This document shows, piece after piece, positions 10,080 to 19,942 of a DNA stretch of 64,000 nt. The stretch spans positions 124,001 to 188,000 of the IMG/VR virus record IMGVR_UViG_3300024252_000004; one strand, 5' to 3'. The notes under the pieces were generated by a model. That model saw only the letters and a list, made by a program, of their open reading frames with translations, was not told where the DNA came from and did no database searches. A program made the position numbers and the translations under genes. Within the stretch, counting starts at the first letter, position 1. Each line of letters starts with the position of its first letter.

Positions 10080-11036
10080 ATGACTATTACAGACAGAATT
10101 GACCGAATTACTCATATGACTGAAGAGTATAGTGCGAAATTCCTTCCTGCTCCTAAATCCGTTAAGATTGAGCTAACGGGAAGATGCAACTTTAATTGCT
10201 TCTTCTGTGCTCGCTCTATGCGGCTTAGAGAGCAGCAGGACATGGATTTCGACATGTTCAAACGCCTTGCAATGGAGATGAAAGAAGCCGGAGTTGAAGA
10301 ACTCGGGCTATTTTACCTTGGGGAGTCGATGCTTCTCAAGTGGCTTCCGGATGCAATTAGATACGCAAAAGAAGAATGCGGATATGATTACGTGTTCCTG
10401 ACAACCAACGCAAGCTTGGCGACTAAGAAGAAAGTCAGAGCATGTTTAGAGGCAGGACTTGACAGTCTTAAGTTTTCTTTGAATTATGCTGATGAAGATC
10501 AGTTTGTGGAGATTGCTCAGGTAAAAAAGACAATCTACAAAAAGATGATCCAGAACATGAAAAACTCACAGGACATCAGAGATGATGTTGAAGAGGCAAC
10601 AGGACATCGTTGCGGACTTTACGCAAGCTACATTCAGTATGATGGTAGCCAAGGCGAGAAGATGAAGACGGTGGTAGATGATTTGACGCCTTTCCTTGAT
10701 GAGATTTATGCGTTACCCCTTTACAGTCAGGCCGACTTTGTTGGTAAAGCTGAAGAAGAGAAAGGCTGGACGGTAACCGCAGGAAACAGAGGGCGGCTTG
10801 ATAACCTCACCGTACCTGTCCCTTGCTGGGCAGCATTCACTGAAGGACACATTACATGGGACGGTCACCTGTCCGCATGTTGTTTCGATCATGATGGCAA
10901 GTTCCACATGGGCGATCTGAAAGAAGTATCATTCATGGACGCATGGAATAGCCAGAAGTTCCAAGACTTAAGGGCGGCTCATTTGAAGAAGGATCTTTGC
11001 GGAACGGTATGTGAGAAGTGCGTAGTTTACAACTGA
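10080..11036 (+). CDS. Radical SAM protein with SPASM/twitch domain
   Basis: CNFNCFFC (CxxxCxxC), GES, LTTNA and C-terminal PC...ITWDG..SACCFD...C..C. Confidence 0.92.
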   Translation: MTITDRIDRITHMTEEYSAKFLPAPKSVKIELTGRCNFNCFFCARSMRLREQQDMDFDMFKRLAMEMKEAGVEELGLFYLGESMLLKWLPDAIRYAKEECGYDYVFLTTNASLATKKKVRACLEAGLDSLKFSLNYADEDQFVEIAQVKKTIYKKMIQNMKNSQDIRDDVEEATGHRCGLYASYIQYDGSQGEKMKTVVDDLTPFLDEIYALPLYSQADFVGKAEEEKGWTVTAGNRGRLDNLTVPVPCWAAFTEGHITWDGHLSACCFDHDGKFHMGDLKEVSFMDAWNSQKFQDLRAAHLKKDLCGTVCEKCVVYN

Positions 11037-11110
11037 TATTACACAAATAGAAAAAGGCCAGAGGATTTCTCCCCTGGCCTTTCGTGTGTCTACTGTACGC
11101 TAATTATTGA

Positions 11111-11629
11111 TTAAGATTTTGCAACCCTATCTGCAACTGCTGAAGCTGCCCACGCATCAGGCTTCACGGCACATTCATATCCCTGTGACTGAACAAGGTA
11201 CTGCAATTCTTTTTGAGCAATTGCAGACTTGCTAACTTTAGAGTCTGAGCCAACATCAAGATGGACATTTAGCTTGCCTTTGATATAAGGCTCGACTTCC
11301 ATAGCAGCTTCAATGCTTCGATATGCTTCGAGCAACATTCTTAATCTTAATGCTGAATTATCTCTTGTCTTTTCAATGATAAATTCAGGCATGCTCATAT
11401 TCTTAAGATCTGTCTTGCTAATCTTTTGTTTCACATAGAATACTCTGTTCTCACCCGGAAGGATTGCACAAACACAAGTAACTATGGATATTTTCTTTTT
11501 GATTACCTGAGAATCTGTTCCGATGAAGAATTCTGCGTCAAGCTTATCAAGTCTTTTGATTTCTTGTATTAATTCATCGTAAGAGTATTCTCTTTGGGAT
11601 AAGCCCCTTATTTGATTATCTTTTAACAT
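11111..11629 (-). CDS. RNase H-like protein (YkuK/DUF458 family)
   Basis: FFIGTDSQ, RMLLEAYRSI, VHLDVG and KPDAWAASAVAD motifs. Confidence 0.8.
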   Translation of the reverse strand: MLKDNQIRGLSQREYSYDELIQEIKRLDKLDAEFFIGTDSQVIKKKISIVTCVCAILPGENRVFYVKQKISKTDLKNMSMPEFIIEKTRDNSALRLRMLLEAYRSIEAAMEVEPYIKGKLNVHLDVGSDSKVSKSAIAQKELQYLVQSQGYECAVKPDAWAASAVADRVAKS

Positions 11630-11771
11630 CTTTGAGTCCTTTTTTCTACTTGCGTATCGTAGACACAACTATTATTCAAGTATTAAATGAAAGCCCACCT
11701 GGGCGGGCCTCCTACTACTTCGTACCGTGCCCCTATCTGCTTTAACAAATTTTTTATCATCAAGGTGTAAT

Positions 11772-13241
11772 ATGGCTTATAAAATTTTAAATCGAATCAA
11801 AGCTCTTAAAAAGTTCGCGGAAGAACTTGATGCTCTATTTGGAAACCCCGAAGGTCAGCTTGACCGAACCTTTAAAATTTTGGAAGATTCCTTTTCTAAA
11901 ATAGAAAGCATCACTGATTTTAAGCACGCGAAAAGCGAAGAGATACTTGAAATAGTAGAGCAGAACCCAGAACTATTTTTGCAATACCCTATCAAGGAAT
12001 ATCTTGGTTCAGGCTCTTACGGAGTCGCATTCGTAACTGATGATGACAAAGTTCTGAAGTTATCTGAAGACCCAGGAGATCTTTATTTTTATGAAAGACT
12101 CTTTAATGAAGATATGATAGATAGTGATTATGCAAAGTATAATGCTAAAGTATATGACTTCGGAATATTAAAACTTCCTTACTCAGTCTCTCGCAAAAGA
12201 AGAGGAGCTTGGGTTATACAAGAACGATTAAACAAAAAAGAACATAACTCAGAAGAAGATGCAAGATTGTTCGAGAGATTATTCAAGAGCATTAGACAGA
12301 CAGATATAAACCAATATCTTGAAGCTCCAATTACAATTTCCGATAATGGAAATGATATAAAGACAACTTTAAAAGAGATTGCTCACTTAGTTCTCTCTGG
12401 AAAACACACCGATACCGTTGATAATATCGCAAACCATATTGTAGAAAAAGAAATCGGAAGAGGTAGTTTCGCTTATGAGGTCATAATGAGCGAAGCAATA
12501 TCAAGAGAAGACTTTCATAAAATGATAAGATCAATAATTTATTCTTTCTTAAGAAAAGAAAATGACACTCATTATGACAATCTCGGATATAGAGATAATG
12601 AGCAGCCAATCTTTTTTGACCCATATAGGAATCATAATTACAAGGAAGAAGAACATGTTCGTAACAGATTCTTGCAACCATCTTTTGATGAAGAATATAA
12701 GTATGATCCAATTGATGCAGATAAACTAAAAGAAGAATTAAGCAGTAAGGCTCAAATGAAACAGAGCAATGATTATCAAAGCAATTTTCTCGATAAGTTT
12801 CGTAAGAAATTAAAGAAAAGAAAGAAAAGAAAAGACTCCAAGCAAGCTTTTGATGATTTACTGAGTGGTAAGAAAGAGAAAAAAGCTTCGAATGTCCATA
12901 GGGAGTTAGAGTTGGAGTATAGTCTCCCTGTTCAGGGGGATACTCCGCTTTCGACCCCTGAGCCTTCGGAGCCCATCTTCCATAATGATGATGGCATTGG
13001 CGAATTGGCAGCTAAGGCTGGCGTACCTGCTTTATTCCTTAAGGCAGTGCTTAGTGTCTCGGAGTTGGAGGCTGATTTTTATCTTCCATTCTCTTTTAAA
13101 CAAAACCCTAAAGCTGTAGATGCTGCTAATGAGCTTAACTTCGAACTCTTTGTGGAACATTACTTTGGAGAACATTATATCGATAAAGGACTCGCAAGAG
13201 AATTGAGAGAATCTTACGAGAAGTTAAGCTCCAAGAATTAA
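11772..13241 (+). CDS. Protein kinase-like fold protein with long charged C-terminal region
   Basis: YLGSGSYGVAF..KVLKL (glycine-rich loop, beta3 Lys), DTHYDNLG catalytic loop, IFFDP. Confidence 0.7.
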   Translation: MAYKILNRIKALKKFAEELDALFGNPEGQLDRTFKILEDSFSKIESITDFKHAKSEEILEIVEQNPELFLQYPIKEYLGSGSYGVAFVTDDDKVLKLSEDPGDLYFYERLFNEDMIDSDYAKYNAKVYDFGILKLPYSVSRKRRGAWVIQERLNKKEHNSEEDARLFERLFKSIRQTDINQYLEAPITISDNGNDIKTTLKEIAHLVLSGKHTDTVDNIANHIVEKEIGRGSFAYEVIMSEAISREDFHKMIRSIIYSFLRKENDTHYDNLGYRDNEQPIFFDPYRNHNYKEEEHVRNRFLQPSFDEEYKYDPIDADKLKEELSSKAQMKQSNDYQSNFLDKFRKKLKKRKKRKDSKQAFDDLLSGKKEKKASNVHRELELEYSLPVQGDTPLSTPEPSEPIFHNDDGIGELAAKAGVPALFLKAVLSVSELEADFYLPFSFKQNPKAVDAANELNFELFVEHYFGEHYIDKGLARELRESYEKLSSKN

Positions 13242-13330
13242 CAAATACTACTAAAGAATGCATATATCTCTGAACATGAAAGAACATCTGAGATTATGGA
13301 TGATTTAAAAATTCAGAAATGAGGAATCAA

Positions 13331-14029
13331 ATGAGCAAAAAGCTTGAAGAACTTGTTAAATTCGCAGATGAAGCAGACCGTAAAGGCTGGAATAAACTTG
13401 GAGATTTTCTTGATAAGGAAATTACAAAAGAAGCCAAGAAAGGTTATCATAAGTGCGGACTAAAAGAAGAAACAGTACAGCAGCATACAGAGCTGTATGA
13501 CGCATACAAAAAGGCTAACTCTTCTTTCTCCAAAAAACACAAGAGATTATTCAACGGTACAGACAACAAGGACTCGCCCAACATGGGTGAGCTTAGAGAG
13601 ATCGCAAAAGGTCTCTCTCATAACGGTAATGCTGAGTTCCTTCACGAACTTTACTTTACCGATGCCTACGAGTCTAAGCCATATGCTACAACTAAAAATG
13701 CCAACATAGATAAGCTATTCAAAGCTGCTTATGATGGCAAATGGAAAGATCTTGATGGCGATCTGAAAAGAATGGCTAACGTATCCAGAAATGGTTGGGT
13801 TGTTCTCTCTTATTGCTTTAAAGAAAAGAAACTATACCTTGATGCATTCGATCTCCATGAGATTGGAGCATCTATTCATAGTGTACCAGTCCTTGCCTTA
13901 GATATGTGGGAACACGCATACTACACGGATTTTGGATTGGATAAAGAAGCCTACGTTGATTGGTTTCTTGGAAGAGTCGATTGGCGTAAGGTAGCCAAGA
14001 GGCTTAAGAATTATCAGAGGGTTAATTAA
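13331..14029 (+). CDS. Fe/Mn superoxide dismutase with an extra N-terminal helical leader
   Basis: QH..LY, FLHELYF and LALDMWEHAYY metal-ligand motifs. Confidence 0.88.
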   Translation: MSKKLEELVKFADEADRKGWNKLGDFLDKEITKEAKKGYHKCGLKEETVQQHTELYDAYKKANSSFSKKHKRLFNGTDNKDSPNMGELREIAKGLSHNGNAEFLHELYFTDAYESKPYATTKNANIDKLFKAAYDGKWKDLDGDLKRMANVSRNGWVVLSYCFKEKKLYLDAFDLHEIGASIHSVPVLALDMWEHAYYTDFGLDKEAYVDWFLGRVDWRKVAKRLKNYQRVN

Positions 14030-14152
14030 CCCGTAGGGGCCTTTATATAATTTGCGGACATTAAAACATGTCCTGACCTACCGAATATAAAGAAAGGCAC
14101 ACAATAGCCCTCAGGGGCGCTACACAAACACATCATTCGCAAGGAGAATAGA

Positions 14153-14572
14153 ATGAGCTTAAAGAAGTTAGCAGACCTCGCAACCAAAATGGATGCAGAG
14201 GGCAAAACAAAAGCCGCATCGGCAATCGATGCAGCTTTGGTAAGATTGGCAGAAGAAGGGGAACTAATTAATTTCCCATCATTCGATGAAGGAATGTCGC
14301 AGGAAGATTCTGGTCTAAGCGATCTCTCTCCTCCCCTGTCAGATGACATTAGAGAGTTCGGCGAGGAAGGGAAACTTGAAGCTCTTTCTGGTTTTGTAGA
14401 AGCCCTACTCGGTGGAGCATTCGAAACCTTGGAGGAAGCACAGGATGCTGCAAAGCATTTCTCAGATGAGTACGGTGCCCTTACTGGTGGCGATGAGCCA
14501 ATGACTGACGATGTCGGTCTTCCAGAAGGACCCGAGTTAGAAGGAAACGTCTTAGAGTTCCCCGAACTCTGA
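14153..14572 (+). CDS. Acidic hypothetical protein (possible internal virion protein)
   Basis: AAGGAG RBS; N-terminal LADLATKMDAEG..AASAID motif shared with the SOD gene; D/E-rich body. Confidence 0.65.
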   Translation: MSLKKLADLATKMDAEGKTKAASAIDAALVRLAEEGELINFPSFDEGMSQEDSGLSDLSPPLSDDIREFGEEGKLEALSGFVEALLGGAFETLEEAQDAAKHFSDEYGALTGGDEPMTDDVGLPEGPELEGNVLEFPEL

Positions 14573-14601
14573 TTTAACAATGTTTTTCATTGTTAAATGA
14601 A

Positions 14602-15501
14602 CTACGACAGTTTGTTCAGAGCATAACAAATGATAAAGTCACCCTCAAGTAGGGTGGCTTTTCCTAATTCAATTACACCCAAATTACTATTGTCATAAAG
14701 ATATGAGTTCTGAATAGACCTAATCTGATTAAGGGGAAGGAGTACGCCCCGCCTTGCGAACTTATTATAATCTTGCATGAAAGAACCTAAAGCAACTACG
14801 TCAAATAGTTCGATGTAGTTCTCGCCAGCATCATCGTCATAGGTGATATCATACTGCCCTTTAAGATCCGATAATGATGGGCAGAAAATCTCATTATGAA
14901 GCTCCCATACGAAACGGTAGAGCTTCATAATGGCTTGATACTCATCGTTGAACGATTCCTCCATGCGATGCGTCCCATCCAATAAGATATGAACAGTCTT
15001 CGATTCAGAATCGACACCAAAAGATGTGATATCCATATCAATACGAGCAATCATATCGAAAATGGATTTAATAACATACTCATGGTCGCATGGGATGCTT
15101 AAGGTAGCCGCAGTTCTCCCTGGAGTCCCTCGGACATACCAGTGTATAGGCTTAGTCACCATGGACTCCATTACATAAGCAGGATGAGTATAGAAATCTG
15201 CCTCAATACACTTATGAATCTTATGAGGTTTTCTATCAAATAGATCATGATCAAGAACCCAAGAATAGAATGCGCTATTTGTGCTGGTGTTGTCAAGATC
15301 ATATCTCGCCCAATAAGGGAGGGATAAAAATTCTTCGATAAGAGAAAGGTTAGGCACACCATGCCTCTCCCTAAGCCTACGCTGAGCCTCCCTCTCTTCT
15401 AAGACACGATCCTTGAGGCGCTCCTTATCAGTCTTTATTCTCACAACTCTACCATGATTCTTTCTACTACCCATGTTCAACCATCCTAATCGCGGGGACA
15501 T
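14602..15501 (-). CDS. Hypothetical protein
   Basis: 299-aa ORF; start may be the Met at 15474. Confidence 0.7.
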   Translation of the reverse strand: MSPRLGWLNMGSRKNHGRVVRIKTDKERLKDRVLEEREAQRRLRERHGVPNLSLIEEFLSLPYWARYDLDNTSTNSAFYSWVLDHDLFDRKPHKIHKCIEADFYTHPAYVMESMVTKPIHWYVRGTPGRTAATLSIPCDHEYVIKSIFDMIARIDMDITSFGVDSESKTVHILLDGTHRMEESFNDEYQAIMKLYRFVWELHNEIFCPSLSDLKGQYDITYDDDAGENYIELFDVVALGSFMQDYNKFARRGVLLPLNQIRSIQNSYLYDNSNLGVIELGKATLLEGDFIICYALNKLS

Positions 15502-15742
15502 ATAAATGAGCTAAACCCTCAAACAACGTGAGAACTCCTATATACACAATGGTATCTCCACAATACTCACGAAACCCATGACGGGATTCAAAGTGTTCGT
15601 TCAGGATATCATTCTCGCATATTTTTGATTTCATCCCTGACTCACAGAATAGAATGGAAAGAGATGAATCATTATTCTCCCATACATCCTTGATATCCTT
15701 AAGGTCAGCCAGCACAGCCGGCAATACTTGCTCGTTTAACAT
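15467..15742 (-). CDS. Hypothetical protein
   Basis: 91-aa ORF filling the gap in a minus-strand block; overlaps both neighbours. Confidence 0.4.
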   Translation of the reverse strand: MLNEQVLPAVLADLKDIKDVWENNDSSLSILFCESGMKSKICENDILNEHFESRHGFREYCGDTIVYIGVLTLFEGLAHLYVPAIRMVEHG

Positions 15743-16055
15743 CCTCTATTCTCCTAATAACCTTTTGAGCATCAACATATAATTCAGAATCCTCAGGATC
15801 CCTAATAGCTTTCAGATAAAAAATAACAATCTCTCCCTCAAACCCTTCAAAGGAAAACATGGGGGCGATGTATTTGTCGCGCTCCATATCCAGAATCGTG
15901 TGACACAATTCGTTAGGTAGATAAGTTACCTCCGTACTATCCCGACAAAAATGCATTGAACCAATGGCATCAGGATAATGATAGTAAAGAACTCCCCAAT
16001 AGGTGTCACCCTCCCATACGTCATGAGGCGGCGGCAAATCTAAAATCGAAATCAC
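15705..16055 (-). CDS. Hypothetical protein
   Basis: 116-aa ORF with a 4-bp stop/start overlap with the upstream gene. Confidence 0.65.
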   Translation of the reverse strand: MISILDLPPPHDVWEGDTYWGVLYYHYPDAIGSMHFCRDSTEVTYLPNELCHTILDMERDKYIAPMFSFEGFEGEIVIFYLKAIRDPEDSELYVDAQKVIRRIEDVKRASIAGCAG

Positions 16056-17074
16056 TCTACATCCTTTTTACCGGATTCTTTATTGTCACATATAGAACAT
16101 GAAGGCTCCGCAACTACCGACCCCATACTCAAAGTGCGAATCGGACTGTCAATAAGATCCATCAAAGAAGTCCCAACAGCACCGCTCGAAGATAAATAAG
16201 GATCATAACCCACAGAACCAACATACAAATCCCCACCGCTGCCGATGATATGGCTCTCATAACTTACCTCAACAGGAACAGAATTCCCAATTTCAGATAA
16301 CTTAATTGAATAGGCACTATCAGGAAAAGTCATGGTCGGAGGAGAATCATTTACCTCCACCCAATTAAAATAAAGCTGGTAAATACCCTCACGCAACTCA
16401 ACCTCACCAATATGGTTCAATCCCTCAGACATGCTATGACCCCAATAAGAACCCTTGTGAATCATGGTATAGGCAGAAGAATTAAGGAATGGAAGCCAAT
16501 CATTCTCGCGAAACTGATAAACGCTCTCAACACCAATGCTCGCACGATCCTCAGAATCAATGAAACAATCCGAACCTGCATCCCCCAAAGATAAGTCCTG
16601 AAGCCCAGGCATAAACTCCAACTTCCACTCAGCTATAACCTCAAATGCCCAATTCAAAGTGGCAACCATCTTCGAAGAACCACGACCAATAAAGTCCAAT
16701 GAAGAATCACGCATAGGATCAACATCAATGTTCTTAAATAGATACTCACCATCAACCTCAAAACAACGGAACTCATAAGCACCATCCAAACCACCACCCA
16801 AACCACCATGCTTCATAGAAAACAATGGAGATAAATACTTCTCAAATACCATAGAGTAAACCGATACATAAGAGGAAGGATATAACTCAACATCAGGACC
16901 AAAAGAAGCAACCGACTCAGGACCCAATGCCAAAGCATAAGGCTCATCAATAATCCCCGTACTAAACCACACAGGATATACTCCATTAAAAAGATCCCGA
17001 AAACATAAATCCACTCCCAACCACAAATCCAATTCCTCCAATAACATCATCAGCCCCTTATAAGTTTTTATCAA
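16052..17074 (-). CDS. Hypothetical acidic protein
   Basis: 340-aa ORF with strong G/T coding-strand bias. Confidence 0.7.
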   Translation of the reverse strand: MIKTYKGLMMLLEELDLWLGVDLCFRDLFNGVYPVWFSTGIIDEPYALALGPESVASFGPDVELYPSSYVSVYSMVFEKYLSPLFSMKHGGLGGGLDGAYEFRCFEVDGEYLFKNIDVDPMRDSSLDFIGRGSSKMVATLNWAFEVIAEWKLEFMPGLQDLSLGDAGSDCFIDSEDRASIGVESVYQFRENDWLPFLNSSAYTMIHKGSYWGHSMSEGLNHIGEVELREGIYQLYFNWVEVNDSPPTMTFPDSAYSIKLSEIGNSVPVEVSYESHIIGSGGDLYVGSVGYDPYLSSSGAVGTSLMDLIDSPIRTLSMGSVVAEPSCSICDNKESGKKDVE

Positions 17075-17079
17075 TTTCT

Positions 17080-17600
17080 GCCTCTCTTATCTCTCTCCAA
17101 TTTATTGTACCAATTCCCTTTGAACATCAATTTAATGTTAATTAAAATCCCCTAAAATACTTAATGCCACAATTTGAACTCTTTTCAAACCAAAGACTAC
17201 CTGATTATCATAACCATTTTAATCCACATTACCACAGCAAACTTATAAATCCAAATATCCAAATCAAATCGGGCGGAATATTATAACTTGAAAAGGAAAC
17301 GTCGAAGAGAACAAGCTCTATCCGAATGCGTACTAGTCCTAGACAAGATAAGAACCCAAGAGCAAATAACATAGGCGAATAAGAAACATAAATCCCCTAA
17401 GGAATATGTAGATCCCATAGGGAACATAAGAACCACATGAACATAAACCCATAAGGAATAACTTATACGTAAGAACATAAGAGGTAAAGGAATAGCTTAA
17501 AGATGGAATGGCTTAGGGAACGGCTTAAACATAAAAAACAGTTTAGGGAATCGCTTAAACATAAAACATGGCTTAGATTTGTTTAAAATGGAAACCACGG
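17080..17600. repeat. AT-rich non-coding zone with short direct repeats (candidate origin or genome terminus)
   Basis: No credible ORF; AACATAA occurs at least 6 times; 26-nt repeat at 17511-17536 and 17541-17566 (23/26 identical); C-rich to G-rich shift near 17270; lies between divergent gene blocks. Confidence 0.45.
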
Positions 17601-17611
17601 TGCGGCATATC

Positions 17612-17850
17612 TGCAAGAACCGTGCCAACTCGGCCCCAGCAAGAATCGTGCCATATAAGTTGTAAAGACTTTGTCAAGACATGAAACGATCTTTACTTGT
17701 TAAGTTTATGTCAACACTTTATTAAAAGTAAAAGTGTTGGTACGGTTATTGCAAAGAAAGAAAAGGTGGCACAGGTTTTGCATACACTGCACGAACCATG
17801 CCAACGTGGCGCGAGCAGCGGCAGCCCAGAAACCTGGCATGGATCTTGCA
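17612..17850. promoter_or_regulatory. Cluster of six sigma54 (RpoN) -24/-12 consensus sites
   Basis: Minus strand: TGGCACGGTTCTTGCA 17612-17627, TGGCACGATTCTTGCT 17638-17653, TGGCATGGTTCGTGCA 17788-17803. Plus strand: TGGTACGGTTATTGCA 17738-17753, TGGCACAGGTTTTGCA 17767-17782, TGGCATGGATCTTGCA 17835-17850. Confidence 0.8.
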
Positions 17851-17931
17851 TGGGGTGCAAAACCTTTCTAAGTAACTGACAAGGTGTTATAGATGGGTGG
17901 AGCGAAAAACTACACACAACGGGCGGACAGC

Positions 17932-18708
17932 ATGGGTAAGGGTTCACGGGTCGAACTGACCAATATGGTGATCGACGCGGCACTCGCCGCGACTGGACAG
18001 AATGTCAGTTACTCGCGGGACGTGCCCAATGGGTTCGTCTCCGCTACTTTCCCCGACCGTATGGGTCGGGACGGGAACCTGAACCCGGTGGACGGCGGCG
18101 GTAAGCTGTTGATTACTCCGGCGAAAGAGTCGAAGGCCGGGCGCGGTCAGGTGTTCTTTGACGTTCACGGGATTTTCGATGGGCTGGAGATCGGGATTAG
18201 TCTGAAGGTGTCAGACTACATCGGCGACGATCACGCCCCGAGAAACTCCATCATCTCAGGTTCCAAGGCTGAGCACTACTTCGGGATGCATCTTGCGGCG
18301 CAGCGGGGGACGTTGCTCCCGGTGATCCAGTTCTGGCAGGACGCCAGCGGGCAGTGGTGGCGCTGCGCTTTTGACGCAGGCCGCATTCTGCGGGAGCGCC
18401 GCCCGAACCTGACGGTGGGGTGGGATAAGCTGCTCCACTCCGAGATCCCGAACATGGCCGCGTGCGGTCAGCTTGATCGCCTGGAGGCGATCACGGGCGA
18501 GCGTCCGCCCATCGTGGCGCTCGGCGAGGGCGGAGCGATCGCGATCTCGCCGCTCGTGCGGGGGCGCGGGAAATACTGCTACCTGTCGGCGAAGATCAGC
18601 CACGCCCGAACGGGTCACGGGTGGACGCCCGTGGACGCCCCTCGCCTGCCGGAGAGCTACGGCGAACTGTTGGAATGGACCGGAGAGCAGGGTGAGATGA
18701 TCGGCTGA
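17932..18708 (+). CDS. Putative PD-(D/E)xK restriction-endonuclease-like protein
   Basis: FFDVHG...GISLK resembles a D...SxK nuclease active site; the ATG at 17893 overlaps the -10, so ATG 17932 is preferred. Confidence 0.45.
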   Translation: MGKGSRVELTNMVIDAALAATGQNVSYSRDVPNGFVSATFPDRMGRDGNLNPVDGGGKLLITPAKESKAGRGQVFFDVHGIFDGLEIGISLKVSDYIGDDHAPRNSIISGSKAEHYFGMHLAAQRGTLLPVIQFWQDASGQWWRCAFDAGRILRERRPNLTVGWDKLLHSEIPNMAACGQLDRLEAITGERPPIVALGEGGAIAISPLVRGRGKYCYLSAKISHARTGHGWTPVDAPRLPESYGELLEWTGEQGEMIG

Positions 18709-18789
18709 GACAAAGGGGGCTCCGGCCCCCGAACCCCGCCCCGTACCGCTTCGGCGGACGGGGCATTAGGGGCAGGAAAGGAGACGCGC

Positions 18790-19212
18790 ATGGAGCCGCA
18801 CGAGATTGAGGATCTGATTGATATTCCGGCCGCAAAGGCTGAGATCATCCGGCGGCTGGACTGGCGGGGATGGCGACGGCGGCTCTTGATCAAGCGGATG
18901 AACGCTTGCACGACCGCCGATCAGCTTTCGCGGTTCAATTGGAACCGGCTGAACCCTAACCCGGATGATGAGGATCTGATTGGGTGGGTGCTTGATGCGG
19001 CCTTTGATGAGATCAAGCGTGCGAACACGCCTCCCGAGGATCTCACGCGCCGCGTGATTTGGTTCGCGGAAGATGGCAGGACGGTGGAGCGGGTTCGGGA
19101 CATCGATCCGGCTTCACTGTTCACCAAGTCGGGCCAGCCGAACGCACAGGCACGCGATCTGCTTCACGAGATTTTCGGAGCGAGGATCGTCAAGCTCCAG
19201 AGGATGGGTTGA
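18790..19212 (+). CDS. Hypothetical protein
   Basis: GGAG RBS, GC3-rich codons. Confidence 0.75.
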   Translation: MEPHEIEDLIDIPAAKAEIIRRLDWRGWRRRLLIKRMNACTTADQLSRFNWNRLNPNPDDEDLIGWVLDAAFDEIKRANTPPEDLTRRVIWFAEDGRTVERVRDIDPASLFTKSGQPNAQARDLLHEIFGARIVKLQRMG

Positions 19213-19442
19213 TGCGGCATGAAGGATGGATCCCCGTGGGGCAGTTGGTCATTGACCGGATGCCCCTGAACCCGGCTACGCTCTCGTGTGCGAACGCGAT
19301 TCTTGAAGGGGTCGAAATGCCTCCGATCAAGGTCCAGGCGTTGCCCGATGGCCGGTGGAAGGTTCGGGACGGTCGGCACCGTGCGGTCGCGCATAAGCTT
19401 ACGGGCAAGGCGCGAATCCTGGCTAAGTGGGGCACGCGATAG
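19212..19442 (+). CDS. Stand-alone ParB/Sulfiredoxin-like N-terminal domain protein
   Basis: MPPIKV....GRWKVRDGRHRAVAH motif; TGATG coupling to the upstream gene. Confidence 0.7.
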   Translation: MRHEGWIPVGQLVIDRMPLNPATLSCANAILEGVEMPPIKVQALPDGRWKVRDGRHRAVAHKLTGKARILAKWGTR

Positions 19443-19501
19443 TTTTCTCCCCGGCAGGTTGCCAGCCTGCCGGGGAGCGGGGAGAAAAACATTTCAAATG
19501 C

Positions 19502-19538
19502 TGGCACGGGTTTTGCAGAGAATGCAACAACTGTGCCA
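19502..19538. promoter_or_regulatory. Convergent twin sigma54 site palindrome
   Basis: TGGCACGGGTTTTGCA-gagaa-TGCAACAACTGTGCCA. Confidence 0.85.
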
Positions 19539-19639
19539 ACGTGTGAGCGTGTGCCTTTTTTCTCCCTGGGGCTGGGGTGAAAAAGAAAACAACTAAGTAA
19601 CTCACAGGATGTTATATCAAGACACCGGAGGTTCTTCCA

Positions 19640-19936
19640 ATGTTTCTGATCCAGATGCCCAGCGCCGCGCTTCCCGGGCGCATGTGCTACTACGATGGCC
19701 CGGCCGAGAACCCGCAGGTCGCGCCGGTGGAGCCCATGAGACGGGCAACCATGCGGGGGACGGGGTTCGATGATGTTTGGCTCGCGTTGGAGGTCCTTGA
19801 GGACTTTCAGTTCGACGCGAAGCACGCGCCGGCCACGCTGAACATGCTCGGAGGGTACGACTACACCGAGCGGCTCATGAAGGGCTGCATCGTGCTGGCC
19901 TCCGAGGTCGAAGGAGTCGAGGTGACCCAGGGCTGA
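19640..19936 (+). CDS. Hypothetical protein
   Basis: GGAGG RBS directly after a promoter copy. Confidence 0.8.
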   Translation: MFLIQMPSAALPGRMCYYDGPAENPQVAPVEPMRRATMRGTGFDDVWLALEVLEDFQFDAKHAPATLNMLGGYDYTERLMKGCIVLASEVEGVEVTQG

Positions 19937-19942
19937 GCCGGG

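Noticed and set aside
1653-13256. TACTA(A/C)T late-promoter motif upstream of virion-like genes (1653, 11713, 13249)
   Set aside because: Only three short, non-identical matches in AT-rich DNA; not supportable without the rest of the genome
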